Numbered from the stretch's first letter, positions 11,790-26,230 are shown. The stretch: DNA of 64,000 nt from Octopus sinensis (GCF_006345805.1 NW_021830451.1:6266-70265), one strand, 5' to 3'. Notes: generated by a model from the letters alone, not told the origin. Numbers and translations are program-made.

Positions 11790-11790
<1 letters not shown>
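11474..11790 (+). mobile_element. Penelope-like terminal fragment with a 107-bp fold-back inversion, inside (TA)n
   Basis: Arms 11474-11580 and 11617-11723 differ by one mismatch; (TA)n on both sides; homologous to 42170-42270. Confidence 0.7.
11628..11690 (+). ncRNA. Type I hammerhead motif (CCGAAGA core variant)
   Basis: Stem I AGATAA/TTATCT; CCGAAGA at 11634-11640; stem II GATG/CATC plus one extra nt; GAAA; stem III CTCAGAG; GUU cleavage triplet. A mirror copy sits on the minus strand in the left arm. Confidence 0.55.
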
Positions 11791-11835
<45 letters not shown>

Positions 11836-13039
11836 TCGAGAAGGCCGGTTTATGGGATTATCTTAGGTTTCCCACCCGTAAAGGATTTAGTTTTATGGCA
11901 TACCGTCAGATCCATATATGTATATATTTTTTCGATTTTTCACATACAAAGTAGTCTAGTTAGTTATAACCTGACCGAATAAAAGAACACTATCAGAAAA
12001 CTAAGACTGATATATTTCTTGAACTCTCTGAGGTATGAGATTCTTTCGTTCTACAAGACATATTTATCCTATTTCGTTGTAGTTGACCTGACTATAGGAA
12101 ATAACTGTTATCGTATCTTTTGGGAATATTCTCTGTGTACTTTGCTTCAGGGTTTCTCTTTTTTGTCGGATTTACGCCATGGTAAAGAAACTGAACGGCG
12201 GCTGTTTGTCTAGGGACTTCTCGAAGTTTTTAAAACATCTAGTTTCAGAAGTGTTGCTTACTGCAGTTAATAATGGATTACAGTCATAATCTCCGATTAC
12301 CAGGTTCGTTAACTTAATGCATAGGTAGCTGAGTATACCACAGTCACATGAACCCTTTATACAATTCTCGGGTCAGGCTGTACTGCTGGTTTCCATGAAC
12401 AATCCATCAGACAGGCTTGTAAACAATTTTCGTCAGCCCGATTTTACTCCCAACGTATTGATCTACCCGAAGTTTTGTCCCGAAGACACCACAGAGTGGG
12501 ATCGAACTGAGTATCTGAATTGCTAAATAAATTTCTGAACCACACAATCGCATTACGTCCATGAATATGTTAGATAAATATTTTTCAGTACTACGTTGAC
12601 CCATCGCGAAACGAAAAATTTTCAAAGGGATTCCAGCAAATACTTATATCAGATTTATTTTGTTTACCCTGAAACCTTATATACTGAGTGAAAGGTCCTG
12701 ATGTTGTTGTCTCTACTCACTACGTTATTTCGGTTTTGCTGTATTTCAGTAAGGTCATGACAGCCTGACCGTGGATAAATTCCTTTTGAATAACAATCTG
12801 TACTTGCACGCGAAAATGATTTGTTGGAGCGGCTGTAGTCTATTGAACTGAATATAGTAAATATTTACTGCAGAGCAGCGATGGGATAAAACGCTAGGTC
12901 AAATCTGACTCGAGGGATTTGAACTCGCTCTTTAATTAAGAAAAATTAATTACTGATCAGCACGTTAGTGTCTTTGCCACCATTCCCGACTGGTAACAGT
13001 ATTGGTAATAAATTGCATTCAGATAATAGTAATAATAAC

Positions 13040-13318
13040 TCTTCCAATTATAGGGTACAGGACTTGAAATTTGCTGGGAGTGATATTGCCGATCACCTCA
13101 ACATTAGTGCATAAATGATTCGTATTTCGACGACCCCGAAAGGATGAAATGCAAAGTCGACCTCGGCGGGATTTGATCTCAGAAGATAATGACGGACGAA
13201 ATAAATCTAAGCACCTTGTTCAGTGGGCTAACAATTCTGCCAGCTTGCTATCTTGATGATGATATTAATAATAATGATGATCATGTTGATGATCATTATG
13301 ATAATAAAAATAATAATG

Positions 13319-13390
<72 letters not shown>

Positions 13391-13595
13391 TTAATAATAA
13401 TCATAATAATGGTTTTAAATTTTGGTACAAAACCAGCAATTTCGAAGGATGGAATAATTCAGTTGCATCGACCCCAATATACAACAGGTATTTATTTTAT
13501 CCACCCCGAAGTATGAAACCAAAATCGACCTCGGCAGAATCTAAACTCAGAACGCAAAGACGTTCAAAATGCCACTGAGCATTTTGTCCGGCGAC
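13040..13595 (-). mobile_element. Two decayed family B SINEs flanking an (AAT)n tract
   Basis: gaccccgaaaggatgaaatgcaaagtcgacctcggcggg at 13132-13170, a second copy at 13500-13560, and (AAT)n at ~13310-13410. Confidence 0.7.
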
Positions 13596-14903
13596 AACAC
13601 TCAAGCACGTGGGTCTGTTTTAGATGGGCGTTGTTGGCGAGGGTTACATGGGGTCTGAATGCAAATTCTGTGTCAACCTGTTTGGTTTGCCTTCTACGAC
13701 ACGCAGAAAATCCGTTGACATGTCGGTCTCCAAAAACAACTTAAGCAACGTGAAACAAAGCACTTTGCTTAAGACACAACATGCCGCCCACTACAGAAGT
13801 CGAAACCAAGACCAGGCGATCATGTGTGCAACACCAGAGCCACCTTCAAAGTATGATATAATTTTTATGATGACACGTCTGGTATTTCTAGCGAATAGCC
13901 CGACCGGGAAGAGGTAATATAGTGTAATATAGTGTAATACAGTTCAAATTTGTGACACAAATTATTCCCATATGTTCCTTCTACATGTCAATGTGAATAT
14001 CTGCTAAGGAGGCTATATCTATATTATCATATAACCCGCATCTACAGAGAAAAAACATGATCCTGCTTGTGTTTTCTTACGAACTGTTTATAATTTCCTA
14101 TCCCTTTTCGTGATACTTAAGTTGTTCTATCAGAGTGGCCGGGTAGAGATATCCGTACGACATTGTTTATTAAAACATTTAGCTGAAACGACAGTTTATA
14201 TATTAAATACAGTCAGCCATTGTTTCTATATTAACCTTAACTTAATCCATTACGTCCCTTACAACTTCTTATTTTATACATTATTATTTCAAACATTGAA
14301 ATGAGGCGATGTTGGGGCAACGCCTTTGAAAGATCTTTTCTGACGAACAAGTCGACACGAATACATATTTTAAACATTGGTATGTAATTTGTGTTTTCCA
14401 CTTGGTGAAAGACTAGATTACAAGCAGGAAAACACACCGACACCGGTTATCAAGCGGGGCTGGTTTCTTTAAGGTCTGAAATGGGTTTTTTCTTTAGTGG
14501 TTGTGGTGGTGGGCTAGATGTTTCCATCGAACCCAGTGCTCAACTGGTCCTTATTTCTTTGACCCCGAAATAATCTAAGATTATTAAGGCTCGTACTTTT
14601 TGTATCGTTCTTCTTTGGCGAATTGCTATGCAGTATATATGATAGTGCAGTATATATGATAGTAGATTTTAAACTCACAACGTAGAGACAAATAGGAGAG
14701 TAATTCTACCAGTTCACTGTTTTAACAAAGTCTCAAGTGGTGAAGATGAAATTGGATTCGTTACAGAAATAGTTAATTAAACGGAGTAAACTCATCTGGC
14801 ATTATTTTATTTGCTGTGTTATCTAATATCACATTTTTGTGACAAATAATGTCATTCAGTACATGTTTGCAACAAAATCACAGCATCACTTATTTTGAGA
14901 TGA

Positions 14904-14904
14904 G

Positions 14905-14951
<47 letters not shown>

Positions 14952-14992
14952 AGAGAGAGAGAAATAGAGAAAGAGAGAAAGAGAGAGAAAGA
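14904..14992. repeat. (GA)n-rich microsatellite
   Basis: Direct reading. Confidence 0.9.
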
Positions 14993-15121
14993 AATTCTCT
15001 GTGCAGTTTCGGTGCAACAAAAATCTTACGTTTCTTCTGTTTGAAAACACAGTTTCGTCAGTTTCCTCACTGATAAGCATATCGGAGATGTCCGTACGTA
15101 CATAAAAACGTATACACACAA

Positions 15122-15161
<40 letters not shown>

Positions 15162-15454
15162 ATTACGATGAACGTAAACAAACAAACGAAGTTTGCTTTA
15201 GAAGCGTTGAGATGTCTTAGAAAGTTAAAGAAGTGATTTTAAATTCTCAAATGCAGGATAATGCTAATAATATAGCCTGGACAGGATAAGCTACCCCTAT
15301 TTTGCAGAAAAAAGCTTTGGCAGCCGGCTATGAGACTCAAACACACACCTCCGTGATTACGAGTCGCGGTATCTGCACCGCTGTTCGACTAGAAGTGGTG
15401 CGCCAGCACGGCTGCTGTCAAAATGACTTAAACTGCTAAAAGAATAAAAGAATG

Positions 15455-15488
<34 letters not shown>

Positions 15489-15504
15489 CATTTCACTAAA
15501 TATA

Positions 15505-16120
15505 TGAGGTGGTATCAAACATTTCTGGACTAGTTCTGTAGCACGCCAATAGATAGCAGCACACGGCTGCGTGCGCAGTGAGGGCTAGCAGTGAGCTTCA
15601 TGGGGCATTGTGGCAAATAACATCGCTGTATTTACTTCGCAAGTTGTGAAACTTTTGTTTTTATGATGACGTCTATGATGTAGTCTGATTTTGTCGTGAG
15701 CGTGAATTTGAAACAAAGAGCCAACGCGAAAGTGTGCGTTTTACTTGGGAAGTCTGCTACGGAGACACTCAACATGCTTCGGCAAGCTTACGGCGATGAT
15801 GCAATGGGTTGTATGCATTGTTCCGAGTGGCACGAGCGCTTCAAAAGATCTTCCCTGGAAGACGTTGAGCAATCTGCAAGACCTGCTAAGGACGTTACTC
15901 CTGGAAATGTGGATAAAAATTATCAGCTTGTGCATGAGGATCGTTGGAGGAAATCAACGACATTGCTGATGTTGTTGGTTAGTTGTATGGGTCCGTGCAG
16001 GCAATGATACCATCTGAATTGGACATGCGGCGTGTCACTGCTAAGTTTGACGCCCGCCTACTGACCACTGAGCAGAAAGAACGTCGCGTCGAAGTCTGTC
16101 AAGATATCCGTCGGACGGAT
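15505..16120 (+). mobile_element. Mariner transposon, 5' part (transposase pseudogene, HTH domain)
   Basis: TA followed by the TIR-like tgaggtggtatcaaacatttctggact. ORF QRANAKVCVLLGKSATETLNMLRQAYGDDAM...EWHERFK, then frameshifted LDMRRVTAKF..LLTTEQKERRVEVCQD. Confidence 0.85.
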
Positions 16121-16280
16121 GGGAACGTGAAACTCTAAGTAACAGTTTTTGCAGCTTTATCAATAAAGTATATATGTGTGTGCGCGCGCGAGTGTGTGTG
16201 TGCGTGTGTGTATTCATGTATATATATATACAGACCTTTCCGTAAATCCTATCCAGCAAAAGTCTAGTAACAACATATAT

Positions 16281-16491
16281 ATTTCTTTATTGCCCACAAG
16301 GGGCTAAACATAGAGGGGATAAACAAGGACAGACAAAGGGATTAAGTCAATTACATCGACCCCAGTGCGTAACTGGTACTTAATTTATCGACCCCGAAAG
16401 GATGAAAAGCAAAGTTGACCTCGGCGGAATTTGAACTCACAGCGTAACGGCAGACGAAATACGGCTACGCATTTCGCCCGGCGTGCTAACG
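16281..16491 (-). mobile_element. Young SINE, family B, 5'-truncated
   Basis: Near-identical to the reverse complement of 46305-46537. Confidence 0.9.
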
Positions 16492-17237
16492 CTTTAGATC
16501 AACCAAAGACTATTTTAGTACATACTAACAAAAGGTGCGTTGAATAGCAACGAATGTAAAGCTAAGTGGTTGAAAAAAACAACCTCGTTACTGACACTGG
16601 CATGCCTGCGCCTATTTTGACCTAGCAGTTAATCTCAATTCAGAATTCACAGGAACTTAGGTTGAAATCTGATACTGCATCATGCTTATAATGTAAAAGT
16701 TAAATAATGAGACGGAGAAGGTACCGGGAAATTCAGCTCTTTTCGAACTAATCGCATGGAATAACACTTGCAATGATTAAAGTGCGTTTTGATTTCACGA
16801 TAACGTCTCTTAGGCCGAGTAACCATATCTGGCATTAATATACTCTTCAACGGTTTATAACAAGTATAAGCAACATGTCATTAAAGAATATGTATTAAAT
16901 AGGATGTAAGTAATGCTAGAATATATAACTATTGAGGTTATAAGTTCTGCTGGAATAATTGGGAAAAAATACGTCGCACTGGAGGCTTAAAATTGGATAC
17001 ATCATGTATGTTGTTTACAAATATATCGTAAATCGCTTGGTGTCACGTATTGGGGCCGTGAAAATAATGTTGCATTGTTCTTCATCTAACCGCCAAGACT
17101 AAAAATATGTGTAAGTACATGTATGTATATTTTGGTTATATATATGTACGCCTGTACATACGTATACGAATATATATGTGTGTGTATGTGTGTATGTGTG
17201 TGTGTTTGTATATATATATACATATATATATATGTTT

Positions 17238-18118
17238 AAAGGATGTGATGGGCAAATTGTCGCCATTTCATATTTTTTATTTAGCGCATGCGCATTGTTT
17301 GACTTTAATTTCATCAACTGTACAGTATTGTAGGGTCAATTAGGCACCGTCTGTGAGCAAAACAGCACCATGACGCCATCCACTCTTTCAGAAATTTGGA
17401 AACGACATGCTATACTGCTTAGCACTCGCGCCGGACGCTCCAATACGAACATTTCAGAGTGTGTGCGTGTCAATCTGAAGACAGTTCAATCTGAGGAAAA
17501 GTACCCAGGTTGATAAAAATCAAACAACTATTTAACATCATGGTGTTTGGAGTGATCACTAGTCATGGTATCGTTATATACCCATTCATCTTCCCACACG
17601 GCCTTAGGCTCAACACGGAGGCCTGCATCAAGTGCCTGGATGAGGAAGGGTTGCCGTGGCTCAAGAGACTGGCTGCTGGAAGACCCTATGTCTGGCAACA
17701 GGACTCTGCATCACGCCACACAAGCAGGAGAATCCAGTCAATTTCTGAAACTACATCACCCCTATCATCTGGCCCCCTAGCTCCTTTGACTGCAACCCCG
17801 TTGATTATTATATATAGGGCGCAGTTGAGCATGGGACCACTAAAATTTCTTGTAGCACCAAAGATGAACTTAAGGCAAGGATTATGGCAGCATTCACAAA
17901 CTTAAACAAGGACACCGCCCAGAAAACTTGCAGGAGATTCCAAAGTCGTCTGAACGCCGTAGTTGAAGCCAATGGTGATCTTATTGAATAAATTTACTGT
18001 TTAGTATTTCAAGATATTTTTGTGTAATTTTGGTAAATATATCTGTTAAAATTAGGTCAGTATTATTTTCATTTTTAATTTTTGCATAATTTAGACGACA
18101 GTTTACTAACCGCATTGC

Positions 18119-18120
<2 letters not shown>
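17238..18120 (+). mobile_element. Tc1/mariner DD37D (maT)-type element, internally deleted
   Basis: IMVFGVITS...PFIFPHGLRLNTEA...AAGRPYVWQQDSA..HTSRR and WPP-S-DCNP-DY remnants; reconstructed D-D spacing is 37; TIRs gatgggcaaattgtcg / cgacagtttactaac. Confidence 0.85.
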
Positions 18121-18169
<49 letters not shown>

Positions 18170-19103
18170 AGTGTGTGTGTGTCTGTATGTATGTATGTGT
18201 GTGTGTGTGTAATTAGGCATGTCTGAACGTACGTATCTGTTCAGTAATATCTCCCTCTACATCTCTCTCTCTCTCTCTGCATATATTACATTCATATACA
18301 ACAAGAACACGCATACACAAACACACACATACACACGCACTATCACATATACTGCATAGCAATTCGCCAAAGAAGAAGGATACAAAAAGTACGAGCCTTA
18401 ACAACGTAGTACTGAGATGAATTCGCTCGACGAAAATGTAGTGCACTGGCATGGCCGCCGTCTACCGACTGAAACAGGTGAGAGCCAAAAAACATATATA
18501 CATATATATATACATATAAATATACACTACATATATATATATATATGCTAAAAATTCATTCCAAACGTTATACACAGATATATAGACAAATAATTAGTGA
18601 GTGTGCGCAGCCTGTGTGTGTTGGTATGTTGGCGAATGTGTAAGGGCGTGTCTGTATATGTGGAAGTGCTTACTGTTGCGTATTCGACGGCAATAACAAA
18701 AAAAAAAGTATCTAAACATATTTGCTTCGCTGTTGAGTACCTTAGAGATTTATAGGCCTCTTTCTGTCTTGTGAGTGTTTGAAAGCTTTCCAACAGGTTT
18801 ATTAACCTCGCAATTAATGAACAATAAAGACATACAGTCGCGCATACATATATACACACACACACACACACACGAGCACTCTCGTGCACACACGCGCATT
18901 ATCGTGCACATACGCGCACTCTCCTGAACACACGCACACACGAACGCGTGCAAACACGCAAGCGTAGAAACACACTCGCACTTAAATATTATGCTCGAGT
19001 TATATTTATATGTATATGTACATATATATATAATATATATATATATATATTATATATATATATATATATGTATGTATATCTATCTATCTATATATATATA
19101 TAT

Positions 19104-19137
<34 letters not shown>

Positions 19138-19226
19138 ATGTATGTATATCTATCTATCTATATATATATACATACATATATATATATATATAACATATAT
19201 ACATATATACCTACATACATACATAC

Positions 19227-19254
<28 letters not shown>

Positions 19255-19258
<4 letters not shown>

Positions 19259-19420
19259 AAGGAAAAGTTTACGAAAATAAACAAAAGACGAAGGCAGGTG
19301 GATTACAAACAAACGAACGTATTAGTATAGCGCTCAGGAATAGGAAAAGTCTTTTACGTTTCGAACCTACGCTGTTCGACAGAAAGATACACAGAAAAAA
19401 ACAAGGAGAGAAACAACGTA
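19255..19420 (-). mobile_element. Short (TA)n-embedded Penelope-like fragment (family H1) with a minimal HHR at 19350-19387
   Basis: Minus strand tcttt-CTGTCGA-A-cagcgtaggttc-GAAA-CG-TA-aaaga; homologous to 31786, 39805 and 57352. Confidence 0.65.
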
Positions 19421-19435
19421 TGTATATATGCATGT

Positions 19436-19503
<68 letters not shown>

Positions 19504-19565
19504 TATATTATTATATGACTGAACACCACGCATCTTCTTCCAAGTAAGTCACACACAGGCACATG

Positions 19566-19640
<75 letters not shown>

Positions 19641-20262
19641 GCACATATATTTAGTTTCTTTTATCCAACCATTTTGAACTGTTCTTTTAGTGTAAACATC
19701 TCCCGTCTCACCCAGAAACACGCTCTCATAAACAGACAAATTCACGCACACAGATACACACAAATGCACACACACCCACGCATTTCTGTCATAAGTACAC
19801 ATTGTATGAGCATCATTTATCTTCGACTGTAATGTAACCTGTAGGAATTTATGGTTGTGACAGTCATCACATTAAATCCTTCTCGTACACACGCCATCAC
19901 CTTTAGCCGGAAAGCTGTAATATGTAAATACATGTTATATCAACGTTATGATATGTATAGATGGACAGTCATTCAGTAATACGCCGCAATAAATGCAGCG
20001 AAGCAAGAACGATACAGCTCGATTATGGAGACAGCCATGCTCTATCGAGTCGATCACGTATAAATATGAATATGTCAAGTGTGTGCCACCAGTCGATAAA
20101 TGTAAGCAGAGACGTAGTTAAGATATTTGCAAATGGCGACGAATAATGCCTCTATGCAATGAATGATTGGGTACACCCCCATACACGTATGCATAATTAT
20201 ATACACATGAAAACAAACATAGACACACATATGTAGATAAAAACAAATGTATAAAGATATTA

Positions 20263-20400
<138 letters not shown>

Positions 20401-20643
20401 TATGCAAATGTATGCATTGGAGTTCATATATGTATTTATACATCTATATATTTATTTATGTATAATATACTTACATTATGTGTTTTGTACGCTGACATAA
20501 AATATAAATGTTTATTTAAATGTTTTTTTTTCTATGACATACATATATATGGAAATATATGTATATAGACGTGTGAATATATTCATATATAGACATGCTG
20601 ATACATATGCGCTCCTATAATCAATTATTCTATTATATGTTTG

Positions 20644-21020
20644 AAGGCGGCGAGCTGGCAGAAACGTTAGCACACCGGGCGAAATGCTTAACGGTGTTTC
20701 GTCTTTACGTTCTGAGTTCAAATTCCGCCGAGCTCGACTTTGCTTTTCATCCTTTCGGAGTCGATAAATTAAGTACCAGTTACGCACTGGAGTTGATGTA
20801 ATCGACTTAATCCCTTTGCCGATCTTTGTTTGCCCCGTCTATGTTTAAAAAAATAAGAAACGTTAGCACATCGGGCAAAATGCTTTACGTTATGAGTTCA
20901 AATTCCGCCGAGGCCGACTTTACCATTCATCCTTTCGGGATCGATAAATTTATCCCCAGTTGCGTACTGGCACCCTCCCCCAAAATTTCTGGCCTCGTAC
21001 CTAGTGAAGAAAAGATTCTA
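20644..21020 (+). mobile_element. Family B SINE followed by a second partial copy
   Basis: aggcggcgagctggcagaaacgttagcac head, gagttcaaattcc B box and central domain; restarts at ~20858. Confidence 0.85.
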
Positions 21021-21577
21021 TTATGTTTCAGCCCTAAGAATGTGCCCATGCTGAGGTACCACCAGTGTAATCACCTTTTAATTGGCCAATTCCATGTGAT
21101 TGGCATTTGGTGCAGGGGTGAGTTTGAGACTGCTGCTTTCGTCATCATCATCATCATCGTTTAACGTCCGCTTTCCATGCTAGTATGGGTTGGACGATTT
21201 GACTGAGGTCTGGCGAACCAGATGGCTCAATCTTTATATATATATATTTATTAGCACAAGCACTTATATCTCCGTCTGCATAGATAAATAAATGCTTCTT
21301 TATCATATTCTGTTACTCTTTTACTTGTTTTAGTTCATTTGACTGCAGTCATGCTGGAGCCCAGGAGCCCAGTACTTATTCTTTTTAAGGCTAAAACTTA
21401 TTGTATCGGTCTCTAGCGGTAAGTTACGGGGTGGCAAACACACCAGCATTGGTTGTCAAGCGATATTGCGGGTGGGGTGGGGGAACAAACACTGACACAC
21501 AAACAGATACACAACATATATACATGTTTATATATATATATATATATTATATATATAATATATATATATATATATAT

Positions 21578-21608
<31 letters not shown>

Positions 21609-22124
21609 CATATATATACCTATGTATATATATCAAAATGACGCGTTATAATACTATTCCACATATACGAAAACAGCTAAGCCAACAATTTAACATACTT
21701 CCATCATCAGCTGCCCATTAATTTCTTTATGACTTCGACACCCGAGGAGTATCATTCAATATATATATATATATAATATATATAATATATATATATATAT
21801 ATAATCATATTGAGAGAGAGAAGATGATTAAAATGAACACAAGTATAAAACATTGTTTCCTATATTAGATTTTGTAATTGAACGCAATAATGCGTTCCCC
21901 TGGTGAGCCGTCGCGGTTACATATCAAAATGCACTTGAAATATCCAATTGTTAGTTTCATTTAACTTCAACGACGAAACGTACGTAGGAACGAAAATTCA
22001 AACTCCTGTTTATTTTCTCCTATTTTCCTGCCTATGCTCTGTATATGGAACTAGTAACGGTACTAAGTAAAGTGTTAGACTAACTAACAGACTAGTAGAT
22101 GATCAGAAAATGATAATCTGAATG

Positions 22125-22190
22125 CAGACAATTCGTCGACAGAAAAATCGCCGACAGACAATTTGCCGACAGATAATTCGCACACAGCTT
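22125..22190. repeat. Four ~15-bp tandem repeats (ACAGACAATTCGCCG-like), probable DNA-transposon subterminal repeats
   Basis: cagacaattcgtcga-cagaaaaatcgccga-cagacaatttgccga-cagataattcgcaca. Confidence 0.65.
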
Positions 22191-23025
22191 CAGACTCAAC
22201 GCGAAGGCGTAAATCAAATGCCTGCATGAGGTTGTGCTGCTCAGTATCATGAGGGAAAGATTCGTTCCAGCAAAATCTAAGTATTAACCAACTTCATCCA
22301 GAATATCAGTGCCAGTCTCCACACTGCAATATCACAATGAATTTGAGTCTTTACCTACTTCGGGAGTACGCTTGTAACTGGAACAAACGGTTTACTGTTC
22401 AATAAAGCCCAACATTGCATTTGGTCACTGCTTCACTAATAACGCAGAAACCATTCACGTTGTTAACATGACTCCACCATCCTTTTCTGATTATAACACT
22501 GGAGAATTAACAATACACGAGCCAAGGGCATATGCATATGTAGCTCGGTACCACGTAAAATGCGTGACAAGGCTCTGTTACTATAAGACTTCCTAGCACT
22601 AGTTGAGAAATTTCTAAGAACTGGCTTCAAAACCATTGCATTCAAGAGAACAGTATAAAAGAGAACAAATTCGTCTCAGTAATGAAAATAACGTGATTAA
22701 ATATATCTTAATGAGGACATAAAGACGGCTTTCAGAAACTTATCGTCCCCAAGAGAGGGAAGTATTTTTAGGCGAAGAAGGAAATAGTTTTAGTGTTTAA
22801 ATAAACAAATAAACGAAAGAGAAAGCAGCTGGTTTTGTAATGTATGCCATTGACATTGAAAATGAAAATACTGCATGTTAATTAAAACTTAAGAAATAAA
22901 ACCTATAGAAAAAAACCCCAAATATTTCTGTAGTTTTGCAAAAGATCACATAATCAAGTAGATGTCTTTCCATCACAAAATAGGGCCGTTGGTTGAAGGG
23001 CATGTACCACTCGTTTGTTGAACGT

Positions 23026-23265
23026 CGGCTGTGTGGTAAGTAACTTGTTTACCAACCACATGGTTCCGGGTTCAGTCCCACTGCGTGTCTTCTACTATAG
23101 CCTCGGGCCGACCAAAGTCTTGTGAGTGGATTTGGTAGACGGAACACCGATAGAATAAGTACTGGGCTTACAAAGAATAAGTCCCGGGGTCAAGTTGCTC
23201 GATTAAAGGCGGTGCTCCAGCATGGCCGCAGTCAAATGACTGAAACAAGTAAAAGAGTAAAAGAG
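23026..23265 (+). mobile_element. Family A SINE with internal deletions (lacks the microsatellite segment)
   Basis: The head joins directly from gtagacggaa to caccgatagaataagtac. Confidence 0.85.
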
Positions 23266-23429
23266 TTTATTGAAATACTTAATGAACTATTCTATATTAT
23301 GTTTGCCATCACTCTGGTACACATGACGAAATATCTTAGAAATATAACCGTACGGGGAGAACTTGCAACTAGTAACCCGTATAACAGGAAAAGAATCGGA
23401 TGTAATAGCTATCAGAGACAAACTCTGTA

Positions 23430-23990
23430 TAATGATGTTCATGTTGTTTTCAAAACAATCCCTACAAAGATATGCGAAACAGCCCTAGTAAAACGATTTC
23501 AGTTACTTTCGGAAATCTTTCTACAATATGATAAAATACCCTGAAACTTGAAAGAGGATACGTGTCCTATCTATATGGGAGAAAGCAGAGCAGATGTAAA
23601 AACATTACAGGCCTGTATCTGTGAATTTAGAAAGCAACAAAGTTATGGAATGTATTAGCAGTATGCGGTAGTGGTGTTGACTGTGTTTCTAGAAACAATA
23701 TATCGTAGCTTGCTAATTGATACCTAGCATGATTTCTACCTAGGTTAAAGCAACTTCATGCAGTAGTTGCAACAATAAAGCAGTACACCAAAACGGCTAC
23801 GGAACCAATGAAAGGCTTACGGCAAAGATGATAACGAGGCAATATGCATCAAACTTCGTGACCTCGATACAGCTGAGAAAGTATGATTGTTGACGTATGT
23901 TTTCTAAAAAGACAAATGTTGAAGTTTTAACTATTCAGAGCGAGATACCACAGGGGACTACTTAGGAGGCATTATGGTTTTTTAATAGCT
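23430..23990 (+). pseudogene. Decayed CR1/L2-like reverse transcriptase fragment
   Basis: Remnants in RT order: KIP*NLK, CPIY, YRPVSV, KVMECI, QHDF-like, KAYGKDD-like and IPQGT.LG. Confidence 0.6.
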
Positions 23991-24149
23991 CCATCAGACT
24001 TATCCACAAGCTCCCAGCGCAGCCATCCACGAAAGCGTCGACGATGATACCAGAATATAAAAAAAAGAAAAACAGTTCAAATAACAGATATCAAATGGTT
24101 AGAGAGAGATTATGAAAAAATAACAAAAAAGAAATTTAAAAAATCATTT

Positions 24150-24405
24150 TCTTCTTTCAGTCACATGACTTCAGCCATGATGGTAGACAGCCTTGAAAGG
24201 TTTTAGTCGAACAGACCGACCCCAGGATTTGTTTTCATTTAAACTTCGTACTTATTCTATTAGTCTCTTTTGCTAAACTGTTAAGTTACGGTGACATAAA
24301 CACACCAGCACCGGTTGCCAAGCCCTGGCGGAGGGCAAAGACAAACATACACACACAAATTTACACACACACAGAGATACACAAACAAATACACACTCAC
24401 ACGCA

Positions 24406-24458
<53 letters not shown>

Positions 24459-24622
24459 GTATAAATATGGCGAGCTTCTTTCAATTCCCGTCTACCAAAT
24501 CTACTCACAAGGATTTGGTCGGGCCTAGTCTGTAGTAGAAGACACTCAACGTGCTACACATTAGGACCGGACCCGGAACCACGTTATTGGGTAGCAAGCT
24601 TATTAACACACAGCCACGCCTG
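24150..24622 (-). mobile_element. Family A SINE with expanded internal CA/TA microsatellite
   Basis: Reverse complement of the 45711-46101 type. Confidence 0.85.
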
Positions 24623-24881
24623 CTCCAGGATAAATAAAAATAAAATAATCTACAAAAATAATAAAGCATGAAATTCGATGCAAGAGATTTTAAAGAACGT
24701 TGCAACATGCACCAAGTGAATTACAAATTAATATACACCAAGCTGGAAGAAATTTCAGTGGAGGAATCAGAATTAGTACCGAATATGTTGTTGACAACAA
24801 GTAATGAATGACTCATTGTTTCATGTGCACATTAGGAAAATACAGGAAATTTACCGGTGAGATCCCAAAATTATTTACAAC

Positions 24882-25047
24882 AGGAGTGGCTGTGTGGTAA
24901 GTAGCTTGCTTACCAATCACATGGTTCCGACTTCAGTCCCACTGCGTGGCACTTTGGGCAAGTGTCTTCTACTATAGCCTCGGGCCGACCAATACCTTGT
25001 GAGTGGATTTGGTAGACGGAAACTGAAAGAAGCCTGCCGTATGTATG

Positions 25048-25132
<85 letters not shown>

Positions 25133-25346
25133 ATGCTTGTGTGTCTGTGTTTGTCCCCCCTAGCATTGCTTGACGCCCGATGCTGGTGTGTTTACGTCCC
25201 CGTTACTTAGCTGTTCGGCAAAAGAGACCGATAAAATAAGTACTTACAAAGTATAAGTCACGGGGTTGAGTTGCTCGATAAAGGCAGTGCTCCACCATGG
25301 CCGGAGTCAAATGACTGAAAAGAAGTACAAAAAAAACAAAAAGAGT
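24882..25346 (+). mobile_element. Family A SINE, full length
   Basis: aggagtggctgtgtggtaagtagcttg head, CORE-like block, ~100-bp TA/TG interior and tail. Confidence 0.9.
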
Positions 25347-25384
25347 AATATGAGCACAACAGCTCAAAGTTTTAGGGTTTACAT

Positions 25385-25810
25385 TCTTCTTTTTTCAGTC
25401 ACTGGATGCGGTCATGCTGGAGCTTCTCTCTGAAATATCATACTCTAACGGATCAAGGCTAGTACTTAACTGGTATTTATTCAGTCAGAGTATTTTAAAT
25501 TTTGCGGCAAGAGTAATTTTACCAGGAGGTAAACCAAGCAACACCGAGTGTCAAACTGGGAGAAAGACACACACATAGACACATGTATGTACATAAACAT
25601 GCTCACATAAACATAGGCGTATATGTGAGTATATGAGTTCATACGAAAGGCTTCCACACTGATTCTGTGTATCAAATTCCCTCACAAGTTTTTGATCTGC
25701 TCTGGGCTTGCAGAAATAGTGACATGCCAAACCGCACACAGGGACTGATCCCCGAATCTATTTGGCAGCAAAGAGAGTATCCTAACCACATAACCACGAC
25801 TTGGCTCGTA
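25385..25810 (-). mobile_element. Decayed family A SINE
   Basis: tttcagtcactggatgcggtcatgctggagc tail; caaattccctcacaag and taaccacataaccacg head remnants. Confidence 0.6.
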
Positions 25811-26125
25811 CGGTCATTGCTATTTATTGACCGAAAGACATTCCTTTCTCATTAAATGCAATATTGCTTAACTCTGTGGCCGATTCATACTGCCAACTGC
25901 ACTGCAAAATTGAAGGCCTTCAAGGGCTCTACTTGAAAAAAAATTCCATGCACCAGATGAGTGCCTGGAAGAAGAGGAATGCTTTGAAGATGTATTCTTT
26001 TGAAACGTTACGGATATCGATATGCAATCACAAATACCTGCAAAATGCTGGAGGAGCCGACAACAAACTTTGGCTCTGAAAACTCTACAAATGTTCTAAC
26101 AGGCGCCATGTTATCATACTAGTTG

Positions 26126-26158
<33 letters not shown>

Positions 26159-26230
26159 TATGCATACATATATATATATATATGCATACATATATATATA
26201 TATATGCATACATATATATATATATATATA

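Noticed and set aside
11855-11914. Minus-strand GGAT-CTGACGG...GAAA-cctaaga-TA-ATCC hammerhead-like motif
   Set aside because: A9 is mutated and stems II and III pair poorly; at best a dead copy, so not counted.
25864-26105. 71-aa ORF in GC-richer sequence
   Set aside because: No recognisable domain or convincing splice sites.
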